This document shows, piece after piece, positions 35,806-45,710 of a stretch of DNA of 64,000 bases (its first letter is position 1; each line of letters begins with the position of its first letter). Origin of the DNA: Anaerolineae bacterium (GTDB lineage Bacteria; Chloroflexota; Anaerolineae; B4-G1; SLSP01); NCBI GenBank assembly GCA_035347995.1, contig DAOPQD010000007.1, forward strand, positions 888-64,887, given 5' to 3'. Made by a program: the position numbers and the translations under genes. A model generated the notes under the pieces. The model was not told the origin of the DNA. It did no database searches and saw only the letters and a list, made by a program, of their open reading frames with translations.

Positions 35806-35847
35806 CTGGATGCTGGAAGCTGGCGGCTGGGAGCTGGATGCTGGTTT
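35806..35847. repeat. six tandem heptamers with CTGG core (CTGGATG CTGGAAG CTGGCGG CTGGGAG CTGGATG CTGGTTT)
   Basis: Read directly. It lies in the 71-nt gap upstream of tex. Confidence 0.9.
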
Positions 35848-35874
35848 CCCTTTACCTTCTGCTGAGGAGTCTTT

Positions 35875-38013
35875 ATGGACACAAACGGCATTCTCGCCGC
35901 AGTAGCGGTAGACCTCCAATTGGCGCTGGAACGGGTGCGCGCCGCCGCGACGCTGTTGGACGAGGGGAACACCATCCCTTTCATCGCCCGTTACCGCAAA
36001 GAAGTCACCCTGTCGCTGGATGAGGAACAGCTCCGCCAGGTCGCCGAACGGCTTGGCTATCGCCGCAACCTGGAAGAGCGCCGCGAGACGATCCTCCGCA
36101 CGCTAGAGGAGCAGGGCGTGCTCACCCCCGAGCTGCAGAGCGAAGTCGCCGCCGCCGATACGCTGCAACGCCTGGAGGACCTCTATCGCCCGTACAAGCC
36201 CAGGCGCCGCACGCGCGCCACAGCAGCTCGCGAAAAAGGGCTTCAGCCGCTGGCCGATTTGATCCTGGCACAGCCCCTCGCAGGGGAACGCGAGACCCTC
36301 GCCGCGCCCTTCATCAACGAGCAAGTCCCCACGGTCGAAGAGGCCTATGCCGGCGCGCGGGACATCGTCGCCGAGACGATCGCCGATGCGCCGGAGGTGC
36401 GGGGCGCACTCCGCGACCTGGCGCAACGGCGCGGGGTCCTCACCACCGCCGTCGCTGATGAGGCAAAGGATCCTGAGGGGGTCTATCGCATGTACTACGC
36501 CTTCTTCGCGGATGTGCGTAACCTGCGTCCCCACCAGATTCTGGCGTTGAACCGGGGAGAGCGCGAGGAAGTCCTCAAACTCAGCCTGGAGCTCCCCCCC
36601 GCCGAAAGCCTGGGCATTCTGGCGCGCCATTTTCCTGCCGACCCGGCGTCCCCGCTGAGCGAGGAGCTGCGCCTGGCCCGCGAGGACGCCTTCACGCGGC
36701 TGCTGTTCCCGGCCGTGGAGCGCGACACCCGCCGCGCCCTCACCGAGGTCGCCGACGCCCATGCGATCGGCGTCTTCGCCACCAATTTGCGCTCGCTGCT
36801 CCTGCAACCGCCCCTCCGCGGCCAGGTCGTCCTGGGCATTGATCCGGGCATTCGCACCGGCTGCAAGGTCGCCGTCGTGGACGCCACCGGCAAGGTGCTC
36901 GCCACCGACACTATCTATCCCGACCGGCATCGTGGCGAGGCGGAGGCCATACTGCGCCGCCTGGTGCAGCACCATCACGTCACCGTCATTGCCATCGGGA
37001 ATGGCACCGCCGGCCGTGAGACCGAAGCGCTGGTCGCCGGGCTGATCGGCGCGGGACTGCCGGTCAACTACACCATCGTCAATGAGGCCGGCGCTTCCGT
37101 GTATTCCGCCTCCAAACTGGCGCGGCAGGAGCTGCCGGACCTGGATGTCTCACTGCGCGGCGCGGTCTCCATCGCCCGGCGGCTTCAGGATCCGCTGGCC
37201 GAACTGGTGAAAATCGAACCCAAGGCCATCGGCGTAGGGCTGTATCAGCACGACGTGGATCAGAAAGCCCTGTCGGAGGCGCTCGATACCGTCATCGAAT
37301 CGGCGGTCAACAGCGTGGGCGTGGATTTGAACACGGCCTCGCCGGCGCTGCTGGAGCACGTCTCCGGCATCGGCCCCAAAATGGCGCAGGCCATCGTGGC
37401 GTACCGGGACGCGCAGGGGCCGTTCCGCTCGCGTGAGGCGCTGCGCCAGGTCAACGGCCTGGGCCCCAAGACTTTCGAGCAGGCGGCGGGCTTCCTGCGC
37501 CTGCCCGATGGAGAATCGCCGCTGGACAATACGCCGATTCACCCCGAAAGCTACGCCGTCGCGCACAAGGTGCTCGATCTGCTGGGCCTGCCGCTGGGAC
37601 ATCCCCATCTGCCGCAGGCGTTGCAGAACCTGCGCCGCGAATGGGATCTCGAAGTCCTGGCGCAGGACTTGGAAACGGGGAAACCGACGCTCGAGGACAT
37701 CCTCGACGCGCTGGCGCGCCCCGGCCGCGATCCCCGCGACGAGCTGGAAGGCCCCATCCTGCGCGGGGACGTGCTGCACATCGAAGACCTGCATGAGGGG
37801 ATGCGGCTCAGGGGGACGGTGCGCAATGTTGTGGATTTCGGCGCCTTCGTGGACATTGGGGTCAAACGCGACGGGCTGATCCACATCAGCCGCATGGGCA
37901 GCGGCTACGTGCGCAATCCCCACGAAAAAGTCGCCGTCGGCGACGTGATCGAGGTTGAGGTCGTGGAGGTAGATCTGCAGCGCGGGCGCATCAGTCTCGC
38001 GCTGGTGGAATAA
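35875..38013 (+). CDS. tex: Tex-like RNA-binding transcriptional accessory protein (S1 domain)
   Basis: 712 aa. N-terminal LLDEGNTIPFIARYRKE, a YqgF-like centre, HhH, and a C-terminal S1 domain (GTVRNVVDFGAFVDIG...GLIHIS). Confidence 0.9.
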   Translation: MDTNGILAAVAVDLQLALERVRAAATLLDEGNTIPFIARYRKEVTLSLDEEQLRQVAERLGYRRNLEERRETILRTLEEQGVLTPELQSEVAAADTLQRLEDLYRPYKPRRRTRATAAREKGLQPLADLILAQPLAGERETLAAPFINEQVPTVEEAYAGARDIVAETIADAPEVRGALRDLAQRRGVLTTAVADEAKDPEGVYRMYYAFFADVRNLRPHQILALNRGEREEVLKLSLELPPAESLGILARHFPADPASPLSEELRLAREDAFTRLLFPAVERDTRRALTEVADAHAIGVFATNLRSLLLQPPLRGQVVLGIDPGIRTGCKVAVVDATGKVLATDTIYPDRHRGEAEAILRRLVQHHHVTVIAIGNGTAGRETEALVAGLIGAGLPVNYTIVNEAGASVYSASKLARQELPDLDVSLRGAVSIARRLQDPLAELVKIEPKAIGVGLYQHDVDQKALSEALDTVIESAVNSVGVDLNTASPALLEHVSGIGPKMAQAIVAYRDAQGPFRSREALRQVNGLGPKTFEQAAGFLRLPDGESPLDNTPIHPESYAVAHKVLDLLGLPLGHPHLPQALQNLRREWDLEVLAQDLETGKPTLEDILDALARPGRDPRDELEGPILRGDVLHIEDLHEGMRLRGTVRNVVDFGAFVDIGVKRDGLIHISRMGSGYVRNPHEKVAVGDVIEVEVVEVDLQRGRISLALVE

Positions 38014-38058
38014 GGCGGGCGGCGGGTTACGCGCCGGGTGCCGCGCCGAGGGCCTGCC

Positions 38059-38469
38059 TCACTTCTGGCGGGATTTGAGGATCTGCGCCGCGCCCCGGAA
38101 GCGGGCGGGATCGGCGATTTGCTTGCGCGCCGGGCGCTCCAGCTCGGACACAATGAGGGTGCGCAGCCGGGTGAGCGATTCCGGCGTGATCGGATCGGCA
38201 CGCAGCGCCAGTCCCAGGGCATAGTTGGAAGCGCCCAACGCCCAATCCCACTCGCGGCGCAGCGAATCGGCCTTCACATCGTAAGCGCGCTTGTCCCAGG
38301 CCTTGGCGGATTGTTGAGCGTCGTCGTAGACCTCACGCAACGCCGTCCCCGTCACCGCCAGGAGATCGTGCGCCAGCGCCTGTTCGTCTTGCTTCAACGT
38401 CGCGGGCAGATGCACCAGCAGCAGCTCAGCCACCACCCGCAATTGGCGATTTCGCTCGAGTATCGTCAT
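38059..38469 (-). CDS. hypothetical helical protein
   Basis: Start placed at ATG 38469 (MTILERNRQ), giving 136 aa. No recognisable motif. Confidence 0.45.
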   Translation of the reverse strand: MTILERNRQLRVVAELLLVHLPATLKQDEQALAHDLLAVTGTALREVYDDAQQSAKAWDKRAYDVKADSLRREWDWALGASNYALGLALRADPITPESLTRLRTLIVSELERPARKQIADPARFRGAAQILKSRQK

Positions 38470-38500
38470 AGAGTTCACCAGGATCGGGAATTGGGAAACA

Positions 38501-38974
38501 ATGACAGCGCCAAACCTACCACAGCCCGGTCGGAAGTCAACCCGCACGCGCTGGCTCGCGCGCGGGGCCATTCTGGCCGTGCTGCTCTGGAATCTTTCCG
38601 CAGCGCTCCCCTTTATCGCGTATCCTGAGGTCTACGCTGGCGCCTTCGAACTTTCGGGAACGGTGGGCGCGGTGCTCACCCGTAGCATCGGCGTGCTATT
38701 TCTCATGTGGGTCATCCCTTACCTGCCGGCGGCGCTCGATCCGGTGCGCTATCGTGTCTGCCTGGCCGTCATCCTCGTCCAACAGGGGATCGGGTTGACC
38801 GCCGAGAGCTGGATGGCGCTGACCCTGCCGGCGGGACACGCCAGCTTGCGCGCCACGGGCCTGCGCTTCATCGCCTTCGATGCTGCGGGACTGGTGTTGC
38901 TCACGGCGGCATGGCGGCTCACTCGTCCCGCCGCGCGGGATGGCGCGAAAGACAGATCGGCGGCGGAATCTTGA
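38501..38974 (+). CDS. hypothetical membrane protein (about 4 TM)
   Basis: 157 aa with a regular pattern of hydrophobic spans. Its 3' end overlaps the 3' end of plsY convergently by 56 nt. Confidence 0.5.
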   Translation: MTAPNLPQPGRKSTRTRWLARGAILAVLLWNLSAALPFIAYPEVYAGAFELSGTVGAVLTRSIGVLFLMWVIPYLPAALDPVRYRVCLAVILVQQGIGLTAESWMALTLPAGHASLRATGLRFIAFDAAGLVLLTAAWRLTRPAARDGAKDRSAAES

Positions 38975-39560
38975 GATAGATGGGCAGGAAGTTCTCCTCC
39001 CGCCGCCGCAGCCGCCGGATGTTGGGACGCAAGGCCCAAAGCGTGAGCGCCATCGCCGGCAAGGCGAAGCCCACCACCACGGCCGGCATTTTCAAGACGC
39101 CGAACAGGATGGGCAACGACAGGGCGACAGAAATCGAGGCCACCGAAGCGTGCCCGACCAGGAGTCCCATCCCCACCGCCAGCCCCACCAGGATCGGCAA
39201 AGCCGGGGACCACAACGCCGCCGCAACACCGACGCTGGTTGACGTCCCGGCCCCGCCGCGAAAGCCCAGGAAGCACGAGTAATTGTGTCCCACCACGGCG
39301 AGGACGCCGGCAAGCGCCAGCCCCCAGTCGTTGACGTGTAACGCCTGCGCCAGCCAGATGGCGGCGGCGCCCTTGAGGCCATCACTTATCATGGTGAGCG
39401 CTGCCGGGATGAGGCCCGCCGTCCGCCAGACATTCGTCCCGCCGGTGCGCCCCGTCCCATGATGACGGACGTCAATCCGCCGGAAAGCCCATCCCCAGAG
39501 CAACCCCGCCGGCAGCGATCCCAGCAAGTACCCGCCAAGTGCCGCAACGATCATCTTCAC
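38919..39560 (-). CDS. plsY: glycerol-3-phosphate acyltransferase PlsY
   Basis: GYLLGSLP...DVRHHGTGRTGGTNVWR...GLKG are PlsY motifs. GTG start overlaps the degV stop. Confidence 0.85.
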   Translation of the reverse strand: MKMIVAALGGYLLGSLPAGLLWGWAFRRIDVRHHGTGRTGGTNVWRTAGLIPAALTMISDGLKGAAAIWLAQALHVNDWGLALAGVLAVVGHNYSCFLGFRGGAGTSTSVGVAAALWSPALPILVGLAVGMGLLVGHASVASISVALSLPILFGVLKMPAVVVGFALPAMALTLWALRPNIRRLRRREENFLPIYLKIPPPICLSRHPARRDE

Positions 39561-40528
39561 CTCGTGTCCTCCTCCTTCGAACCGGGCAGCCGGACATTAT
39601 CCAACAGCTCCTTCGCCTGTCCCTGCAACCGCGAAAGGCCGCCGCGCAAAGCCGGTCTCTCAGAGATCACAAAACCGGCTTCCGCACAGTACGCCACGCC
39701 GATGGACCCCGGTCCCGCGTGCACGCCCAACGCCACGGGCACCCGCGTGAGATATGTCTCCACACAGTTGACGGCGGCCTTGAGCTGAGACAGCAATTCC
39801 TGAGCTTCCTCCTCGACTTCAGCGAAGTGAACGGCGACCCGCGCCGGAGAATCGCCCACCTGCGCCTTCACCCGCTCCACGAGCTGGCTCAATCCCCGCC
39901 CGCGTCGCCGCACCTGTCCGAGCAGGCCCACTTTGTTGTCGCCCACACGGACGAGGGGCTGAATGTTCAAGAGGCCGCTCACCAATCGCGCCGCGCTGGC
40001 CAGACGCCCGCCACGAATGACATAGTTGACATTCTCCAGCAGCGCGATCAGCTCCACTTTGGGCACCAAGGCGCGGGCCCGCGCGACGACGTCCGCAAGC
40101 GGCGCCCCCTCCACAGCCGCGCGGGCGGCTTCCAGAACCACAAAACCCTCTGCCATGGCCGTGGTGGCCGTGTCTATCACCGTGACGGGGATGGGGCTGG
40201 ATTGGGCCGCCAGTTCTGCTACATCGCAGGTGGCGCTCTGCGTTCCAGCCAGATGAATGGAGACGATGGCTTTGGCTCTGGCCGCCACACGTCGGTAGAC
40301 CTCCAGGAAAACGCTGGCGGAAGGCACACTCGTCCCGACATCGGGCTCCGCTTGCGCGCGGGCCAGCCTGAAGAATTCCGCCGGCGTAATGTCCACACCA
40401 TCGAGAAACGATCGGGGCCCCACCTGCACCCAGTAGGGGACCACTTCGATGGCGTACTCCTGCAACAAAGATTCCGGCAAACCTGCGGCAGAATCTGTCA
40501 CAATGGCGACAGGATCCAAGTTCTCCAT
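39557..40528 (-). CDS. DegV family (fatty-acid binding, FakB-like) protein
   Basis: Start ATG 40528 (MENLDPVAIVTDSAAGLP). DegV N-terminal signature IVTDS..LP. Confidence 0.8.
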   Translation of the reverse strand: MENLDPVAIVTDSAAGLPESLLQEYAIEVVPYWVQVGPRSFLDGVDITPAEFFRLARAQAEPDVGTSVPSASVFLEVYRRVAARAKAIVSIHLAGTQSATCDVAELAAQSSPIPVTVIDTATTAMAEGFVVLEAARAAVEGAPLADVVARARALVPKVELIALLENVNYVIRGGRLASAARLVSGLLNIQPLVRVGDNKVGLLGQVRRRGRGLSQLVERVKAQVGDSPARVAVHFAEVEEEAQELLSQLKAAVNCVETYLTRVPVALGVHAGPGSIGVAYCAEAGFVISERPALRGGLSRLQGQAKELLDNVRLPGSKEEDTR

Positions 40529-40645
40529 ACAGCACCTCCGATTTGGCAAATGGCCAATTTCTGATAGGATAAGCACCGTGAGTGTACCCGCAACAGGGGT
40601 TCCGACAAGTCAAGCCCCTGAGATTCCTGTGAAAGGAGCAACGCG

Positions 40646-41065
40646 ATGGCTCGCACAGCCGTATTTGCCGGGTTGGTTTCCGATGAATTCGGGCAAGCCG
40701 TCAACGTCGGCTTCCTGGGTGATGAAGCCTACTACATCGTCAACGACGCCGGCTTTGAGCGTCACATTCTCGCCGAAATTGTGGATCGGCAGGTGCTGCG
40801 GCAGTTGAGTGAACAGGTGCTGGCCCAACGGGACCTGGTCGTCGAAGGGACGCTGAAATTCCTGGGACAGGAAGACCTGTTTGCCAAGGCCATGGTCGAA
40901 GCCTCCCTGGACAAAATGGATGAAAATATCGAGCAGCTCCTTCAGACAGGGCTGCCAGAAGAGGCGCGAGTCTGGTTGGGATTGATGGGGTTTCACATTG
41001 TGATCAATTATCATGGGGACATCCTCGCTCTCGATTTTCCGAGCGAGACGGACACCGACGAATAG
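40646..41065 (+). CDS. hypothetical protein
   Basis: 139-aa ORF with plausible composition, preceded by AAAGGAG. No motif recognised. Confidence 0.5.
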   Translation: MARTAVFAGLVSDEFGQAVNVGFLGDEAYYIVNDAGFERHILAEIVDRQVLRQLSEQVLAQRDLVVEGTLKFLGQEDLFAKAMVEASLDKMDENIEQLLQTGLPEEARVWLGLMGFHIVINYHGDILALDFPSETDTDE

Positions 41066-41092
41066 TCGCCGGGGCGCAAGGACTCCTTCCTT

Positions 41093-41128
41093 AAAACAAC
41101 CCTCCCCGCTTGGCTTAAGCGGGGAGGG
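41093..41128 (-). terminator. intrinsic terminator after the tRNA-Ala pair
   Basis: CCCTCCCCGC-N9-GCGGGGAGGG followed by TTGTTTT on the minus strand, 5 nt after the tRNA 3' end. Confidence 0.65.
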
Positions 41129-41132
41129 TGTG

Positions 41133-41205
41133 TGGACCTGAAGGGATTCGAACCCTTGACCTCCTCAATGCCATTGAGGCGCGCTCCCAACTGCGCCACA
41201 GGCCC
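41133..41205 (-). tRNA. tRNA-Ala: tRNA-Ala (anticodon GGC)
   Basis: I folded the 73-nt cloverleaf by hand. Acceptor GGGCCUG/CAGGUCC has G3:U70, the anticodon loop is AUGGCAU and the T-loop is TTCGAAT. No encoded CCA. Confidence 0.9.
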
Positions 41206-41242
41206 AACAGCGATTCGATTGTTGCGGGCGCAAGCCCCGCTA

Positions 41243-41315
41243 TGGAGATGAGGGGATTCGAACCCCTGGCCTCTACAGTGCGATTGTAGCGCTCTCCCAG
41301 CTGAGCTACATCCCC
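41243..41315 (-). tRNA. tRNA-Ala: tRNA-Ala (anticodon CGC)
   Basis: 73-nt cloverleaf. Acceptor GGGGAUG/CAUCUCC has G3:U70, the anticodon loop is AUCGCAC and the T-loop is TTCGAAT. No encoded CCA. Confidence 0.9.
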
Positions 41316-41332
41316 TGGCGTTTGCAAGCAAG

Positions 41333-41360
41333 ATTATACCACAATCGTTTGAGGTGACAA
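41333..41360 (-). promoter_or_regulatory. candidate tRNA promoter TTGTCA-16-TATAAT (minus strand)
   Basis: The reverse complement gives TTGTCA (41355-41360) and TATAAT (41333-41338). The -10 box ends 17 nt upstream of the tRNA 5' end. Confidence 0.5.
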
Positions 41361-41362
41361 GC

Positions 41363-42169
41363 TCACAATTCCTCGCCGAAGCGCCCGCGAAAACGCAGGA
41401 AGAAAGCGTAGCCCGCGACCAGGATCAGCAACGCCGTCACCGCCGTGCGCACCAGAAAATCCCACGTCGTCAGCCGTCCATAGTAGACCAGATCCTGGTA
41501 CGTGTTGATGATCGAGGCCATGGGATTCAGCCAGAACAACAACCGCCGCGGCGAGAACTGCAGCCCCAGCAGCGTCGCCGAATCCGTCACCTGTTGCACG
41601 GAATACCAGATCGGTGTGAGAAAAAACCACGCCAGGATCGCCACATCCATGACCATGTGCGTGTCGCGGTAGAAGACTTCCAGCGTGGACAGGAAGAGCA
41701 CGATGCCGATGGTGAAACACGTCTGCACCAGGATCGGCAAGGGCAACAACAGGACCCACGCGCTGAGCGGCACCCCCGAAATCCACGCCAGCAGGAACAG
41801 CACGGGCAGGCTGATGAGGAAGTTCACCAGGCCCGAAAGCACCGTCGCAATGGGCAGAATCTCGCGGGGAAAATACACCTTCTTGATCAAATGGCTGTTA
41901 CCGGTAATGCTGAACAATCCACCCATCACCGCCGCGGAGAAGTAATTCCACGGCAACAGGCCGCTCAACACAAAGATGTGGAAATCCCGCATGGGCGAGC
42001 GCTGCATCACATTGAAGACGAAGGTAAACACCAGCATCATCAACAGGGGATTGAGCCACGACCAGAGCACGCCCAGAATCGAATTCTTGTAGCGCACCTT
42101 CAGATCGCGCAGTACCAGGTTGTAGACAAGCTCACGATACTGCCAGAGTTCCTTGAGCGCTTTAATCAT
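41363..42169 (-). CDS. ABC-2 type transporter permease (polysaccharide/teichoic-acid exporter Wzm/TagG-like)
   Basis: 268 aa and 6 TM. N-terminal [35 protein letters not shown] is the ABC-2 signature. No cognate ATPase gene is adjacent. Confidence 0.8.
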   Translation of the reverse strand: MIKALKELWQYRELVYNLVLRDLKVRYKNSILGVLWSWLNPLLMMLVFTFVFNVMQRSPMRDFHIFVLSGLLPWNYFSAAVMGGLFSITGNSHLIKKVYFPREILPIATVLSGLVNFLISLPVLFLLAWISGVPLSAWVLLLPLPILVQTCFTIGIVLFLSTLEVFYRDTHMVMDVAILAWFFLTPIWYSVQQVTDSATLLGLQFSPRRLLFWLNPMASIINTYQDLVYYGRLTTWDFLVRTAVTALLILVAGYAFFLRFRGRFGEEL

Positions 42170-43151
42170 CGTCCTGCCTCTGCTCCGTCATCTGCAACTC
42201 CACTTTGCGCAGCCGATAGAGTGCCTCCTCCATGATTTTGCGATTCGCGGCGACCAGATCGGCCAGCAGCCCGATCAGCCAGATCTGAAAGCCCACGATG
42301 AGCAGCACTGCCATCAAAATGAGGGATTGCACGTGTCCCGCGCTGCCGCCGCTGAAGTAAAAGTAGAGAAAGCGTATCCCCAAGACCAATCCCAGCAGGA
42401 AACACACCGTCCCCGTCCACAAAAACACCCGCAAGGGACGATACATGGTGTAAGCGCGCAAAATGGTGACGGTGGAATGGGCAAGAAAGTGGGGCAGGCT
42501 CTTCATCAGGCGCGAGGGGCGGGTCACCGGGTTGACGTGGATGGGGACGTACACCACCGCCAACCGCTCGGCCCCTGCCTGAATGAGCGTCTCCAGCGTG
42601 TAAGAATACTCGCCGAGCACGAGCAGGCGCAACGCCGCTTCCCGGCTCAACGCGCGGAAACCGCTCGTCGCGTCGTGGACCGGCGTTCCCGAAGCCCGAC
42701 CGACGACCCAACTGCCCACCTGCTGCAGCCAGCGCTTGAAGGGGGAAAAGTAGGGATGCTGCGCCAGCTGCCGATCCCCAATGGCGATGTCCGCCCGCCC
42801 TTCCAGAACCGGCTGCGCCAACAAGGGGATGTCCGCCGCCTGATATTGATTGTCCGCATCCGTGTTGATGATGACGTCGGCGCCGGCCGCCAGCGCCGCC
42901 TCCAGCCCACTGAGGAACGCTTTCGCCAGGCCCCGGTTGCGCGTGTGGCGCACGAGGTGCTGGACGCCCAACGCGCGAGCCACCTCCGCGGTCCCATCGC
43001 TGCTGCCATCATCCACCACCAGGTACTCGACCATATCCGCGCCGGGAATCTCGCGCGGCAAGGCCCTCACCGTTTCCGGCAAGGCTTCCCGCTCATTGTA
43101 GCAGGGGATCTGAATGATGACCTTGATCGGCTTCTTGTCCACGGGGAGCAT
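42162..43151 (-). CDS. family 2 glycosyltransferase with C-terminal TM helices (polyprenyl-phosphate glycosyltransferase, GtrB/ArnC-like)
   Basis: Start ATG 43151 ([20 protein letters not shown]). DDGSSDGT and a DAD motif are present, with two C-terminal TM segments. Confidence 0.8.
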   Translation of the reverse strand: MLPVDKKPIKVIIQIPCYNEREALPETVRALPREIPGADMVEYLVVDDGSSDGTAEVARALGVQHLVRHTRNRGLAKAFLSGLEAALAAGADVIINTDADNQYQAADIPLLAQPVLEGRADIAIGDRQLAQHPYFSPFKRWLQQVGSWVVGRASGTPVHDATSGFRALSREAALRLLVLGEYSYTLETLIQAGAERLAVVYVPIHVNPVTRPSRLMKSLPHFLAHSTVTILRAYTMYRPLRVFLWTGTVCFLLGLVLGIRFLYFYFSGGSAGHVQSLILMAVLLIVGFQIWLIGLLADLVAANRKIMEEALYRLRKVELQMTEQRQDDD

Positions 43152-43294
43152 TATAACATCGGGGAACAGGATGACAAAGCCGGGCGCGGTTGTTGGAGGC
43201 GGCTTTACGATTATAATGGCGCCATAGTCCAAAACGCGCCGAACGCCGATCAAGCGCTGATAAAAAATATCCCGATGAGATTTGAGGACGATGT

Positions 43295-45637
43295 ATGAAG
43301 CGTAGCCACCGCCTGCTGCTGGGCGTGATCCTGCTGGTCGCCTTCGCGCTACGCCTGACGCGCCTGGGCGACCAGAATATCTGGTGGGATGAAGGCCTCT
43401 CCGTCGTCGCCTCGCGGATGTCCTTTACCGGCGCCACGCTGTGGACCGCCAGCGACGTGCATCCGCCGCTGTACTTCTGGCTGCTATGGACGTGGGCGCG
43501 GGTCAGCGGCGAGACCGAGTTTGCGCTGCGCTTCATCACCGCACTGGAAGCCTTCCTCACCTTGCCAGTCGTCTATGCCCTCGCGCGGCGCCTTTCCCGT
43601 TCCCCCGCCGTCGGCGCCGGCGCCATGGCGCTGCTGGCGCTCTCGCGCTTCCACATCTGGTGGTCGCAGGAGATGCGGATGTACGCGCTCGCGGGGTTGG
43701 GCGCTATGCTCTCGCTCTACTTCACTGTCCGCCTCGCCGAAGGAGAGCTCACGCGCCGCACCATCGGCGGCTGGATTCTGACGACGGCGGGCGCCATGCT
43801 GACCGTTTACTCCTCCATCGTCCTTGTGCCGATCGAGAATCTCACGTTGCTCCTCGCCGGCTGGCGCCGCCAGGATCGCTGGCGCTTCTGGGGACGCTGG
43901 ATCGCCATTCAAGCGGGCGTGCTCCCCTTCCTCCTGCCGTGGATGGCGCTGGCGTTGCCCCGCATGCGTTCCTGGTCCGTGGTCAAAGAACCCGCGTCGC
44001 TGAGCTTCGTCATGGAGCTCAACGCCGTGCTGGTGACGCTGGGGATCTCTACCGACGTGGGACGCTATCGCACGCCGGCGCTGCTCGTCGTCGGCGCGCT
44101 GCTGGTGGGCGTGATCTTGCTCCTGCGCCAGGAGCAGGGTCCCGCTCGCGCGCGGCTGACATGGGGACTCGCCCTGCTCGGCGGCAGCGTGCTGTTCATG
44201 CCGCTCATCATCTGGGCGCTGTCGCAGCCCCGCGCCCTCTTTTACAATCCCCGCGTCGAAGCGCGCTACCTGCTGCCGCTCGCCCCCGCGTTCTACGTGC
44301 TCCTGGCCTGGGCGCTGGCCGGTTGGCTGCGGCCTCGCCGCCTGCGTCGGGTGGGCGTGCTGCTCAGTATGGGGATCGCCGGCATGATGCTGTGGACGTT
44401 GCCGCAACATTTCGCGCCGCGCTATCTGCGCGACACCGACCTCACCCTCAGCCGCATCATCTGGACCCACGCACGGCCCGGCGACGCGCTGGCGCTGGTC
44501 TCAGGGGACCGTTATCCCCTCTTCACCCTGAGCTACGACCGCGCCCCCGCGCCGGAAAACCGTCCGCCGATCACCCGGGTGCCGCAAAGCTCGCCGCCGC
44601 TCACCGAGGCTGCCGCCGCCGCAGAACTGGGCGCGCTCGCGGCGAACCATCCCCGCATCTGGCTGGTGCAGCTCGAACGCGGGCTGGAGGATCCCGAAGG
44701 CTACGCCGAGGCGTGGCTCATGGCGCATTCCAGGCGCGTTCTGCATTACGATTTCGGCTACAATGCGCTCAGCCTTTTCAGCGCGGCGGAGGAAGACCCA
44801 CTGACGCCGCTGTGGAACACGCCGCCCCAATATCCCCTGGAGCACGACCTGGGAACGGACGCGCGGCTCCTCGGCTATGATCTGCCCACCACGGAGTTCC
44901 GGCCGCTGGATGAAGTACGCCTGGGGTTGTATCTGCAGGCGGAGCAGCCGATCACGCTCGCCGTGACCCTGCGCGGCGCCGATGGCCTGATCGTCGGGCC
45001 GACGAACGTCAGCGTCGCGCCCACGCCTGCCGGGGCTGCCCGCTATGGCCAGGCCCGTTTCACCATCCAGCCGCTCCTCCCCGCGCAGCGCTATACTTTC
45101 GAGCTTCGGGTGCCGGCCGGGGAAACGCTGGAGCTGGGGGCGATAAAAGTCACGCACACGCAGAGCGCTGCCGACCCCGCCCGCATTCCCCAGCCGCTAG
45201 AGGCCGCCGTCGGCGAAGCGACGCTGCTCGGCTATGAGCTGCGCGGCGTGCGGCGGGGGGAGCCGCCAACCGCGCGGCCGGGGACGACGCTGGAACTGAC
45301 GCTCTATTGGGAAGCCACGGCGCCCATCACCCAGAGCTACACAGTCTTCACGCATCTGCTCGGCGCGGCGTACAATCCCGTCACCCAGGGACCGCTCTGG
45401 GCGCAGGACGATCAGATCCCGCTGGAGGGCGCTTATCCTACCTGCACCTGGCTACCGAACCTGCCCTTCGCGGATACCTACACACTGGACATTCCGCCAG
45501 AGACGCCGCCGGGCGACTACCAGCTCCTCACGGGGATGTATCACACGGAAAACGGCGTGCGGGTCCCGGTCTCCGGCGCGGGAGCGGATCCCGCCATGGG
45601 CAACGTGCTGCTCACCGTCATCCGTATCGCGCCGTAG
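43295..45637 (+). CDS. GT-C fold membrane glycosyltransferase (PMT_2/ArnT-like) with large C-terminal soluble domain
   Basis: 780 aa. [15 protein letters not shown]...[11 protein letters not shown]...[14 protein letters not shown] parallels ORF 23-1681. It is divergent from the GT2 gene. Confidence 0.75.
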   Translation: MKRSHRLLLGVILLVAFALRLTRLGDQNIWWDEGLSVVASRMSFTGATLWTASDVHPPLYFWLLWTWARVSGETEFALRFITALEAFLTLPVVYALARRLSRSPAVGAGAMALLALSRFHIWWSQEMRMYALAGLGAMLSLYFTVRLAEGELTRRTIGGWILTTAGAMLTVYSSIVLVPIENLTLLLAGWRRQDRWRFWGRWIAIQAGVLPFLLPWMALALPRMRSWSVVKEPASLSFVMELNAVLVTLGISTDVGRYRTPALLVVGALLVGVILLLRQEQGPARARLTWGLALLGGSVLFMPLIIWALSQPRALFYNPRVEARYLLPLAPAFYVLLAWALAGWLRPRRLRRVGVLLSMGIAGMMLWTLPQHFAPRYLRDTDLTLSRIIWTHARPGDALALVSGDRYPLFTLSYDRAPAPENRPPITRVPQSSPPLTEAAAAAELGALAANHPRIWLVQLERGLEDPEGYAEAWLMAHSRRVLHYDFGYNALSLFSAAEEDPLTPLWNTPPQYPLEHDLGTDARLLGYDLPTTEFRPLDEVRLGLYLQAEQPITLAVTLRGADGLIVGPTNVSVAPTPAGAARYGQARFTIQPLLPAQRYTFELRVPAGETLELGAIKVTHTQSAADPARIPQPLEAAVGEATLLGYELRGVRRGEPPTARPGTTLELTLYWEATAPITQSYTVFTHLLGAAYNPVTQGPLWAQDDQIPLEGAYPTCTWLPNLPFADTYTLDIPPETPPGDYQLLTGMYHTENGVRVPVSGAGADPAMGNVLLTVIRIAP

Positions 45638-45710
45638 GGTACAAACACACCGGCTGGGGACGAAAAATCCCCAGCCGGGTAGGACGTGATGGGCAGGCCC
45701 GCCGCGGGCC

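Noticed and set aside
41066-41362. tRNA-associated integration site or genomic island next to the tRNA-Ala pair
   Set aside because: There is no integrase, no direct repeat of a tRNA 3' end and no compositional shift nearby. The flanking genes are ordinary housekeeping-type genes.
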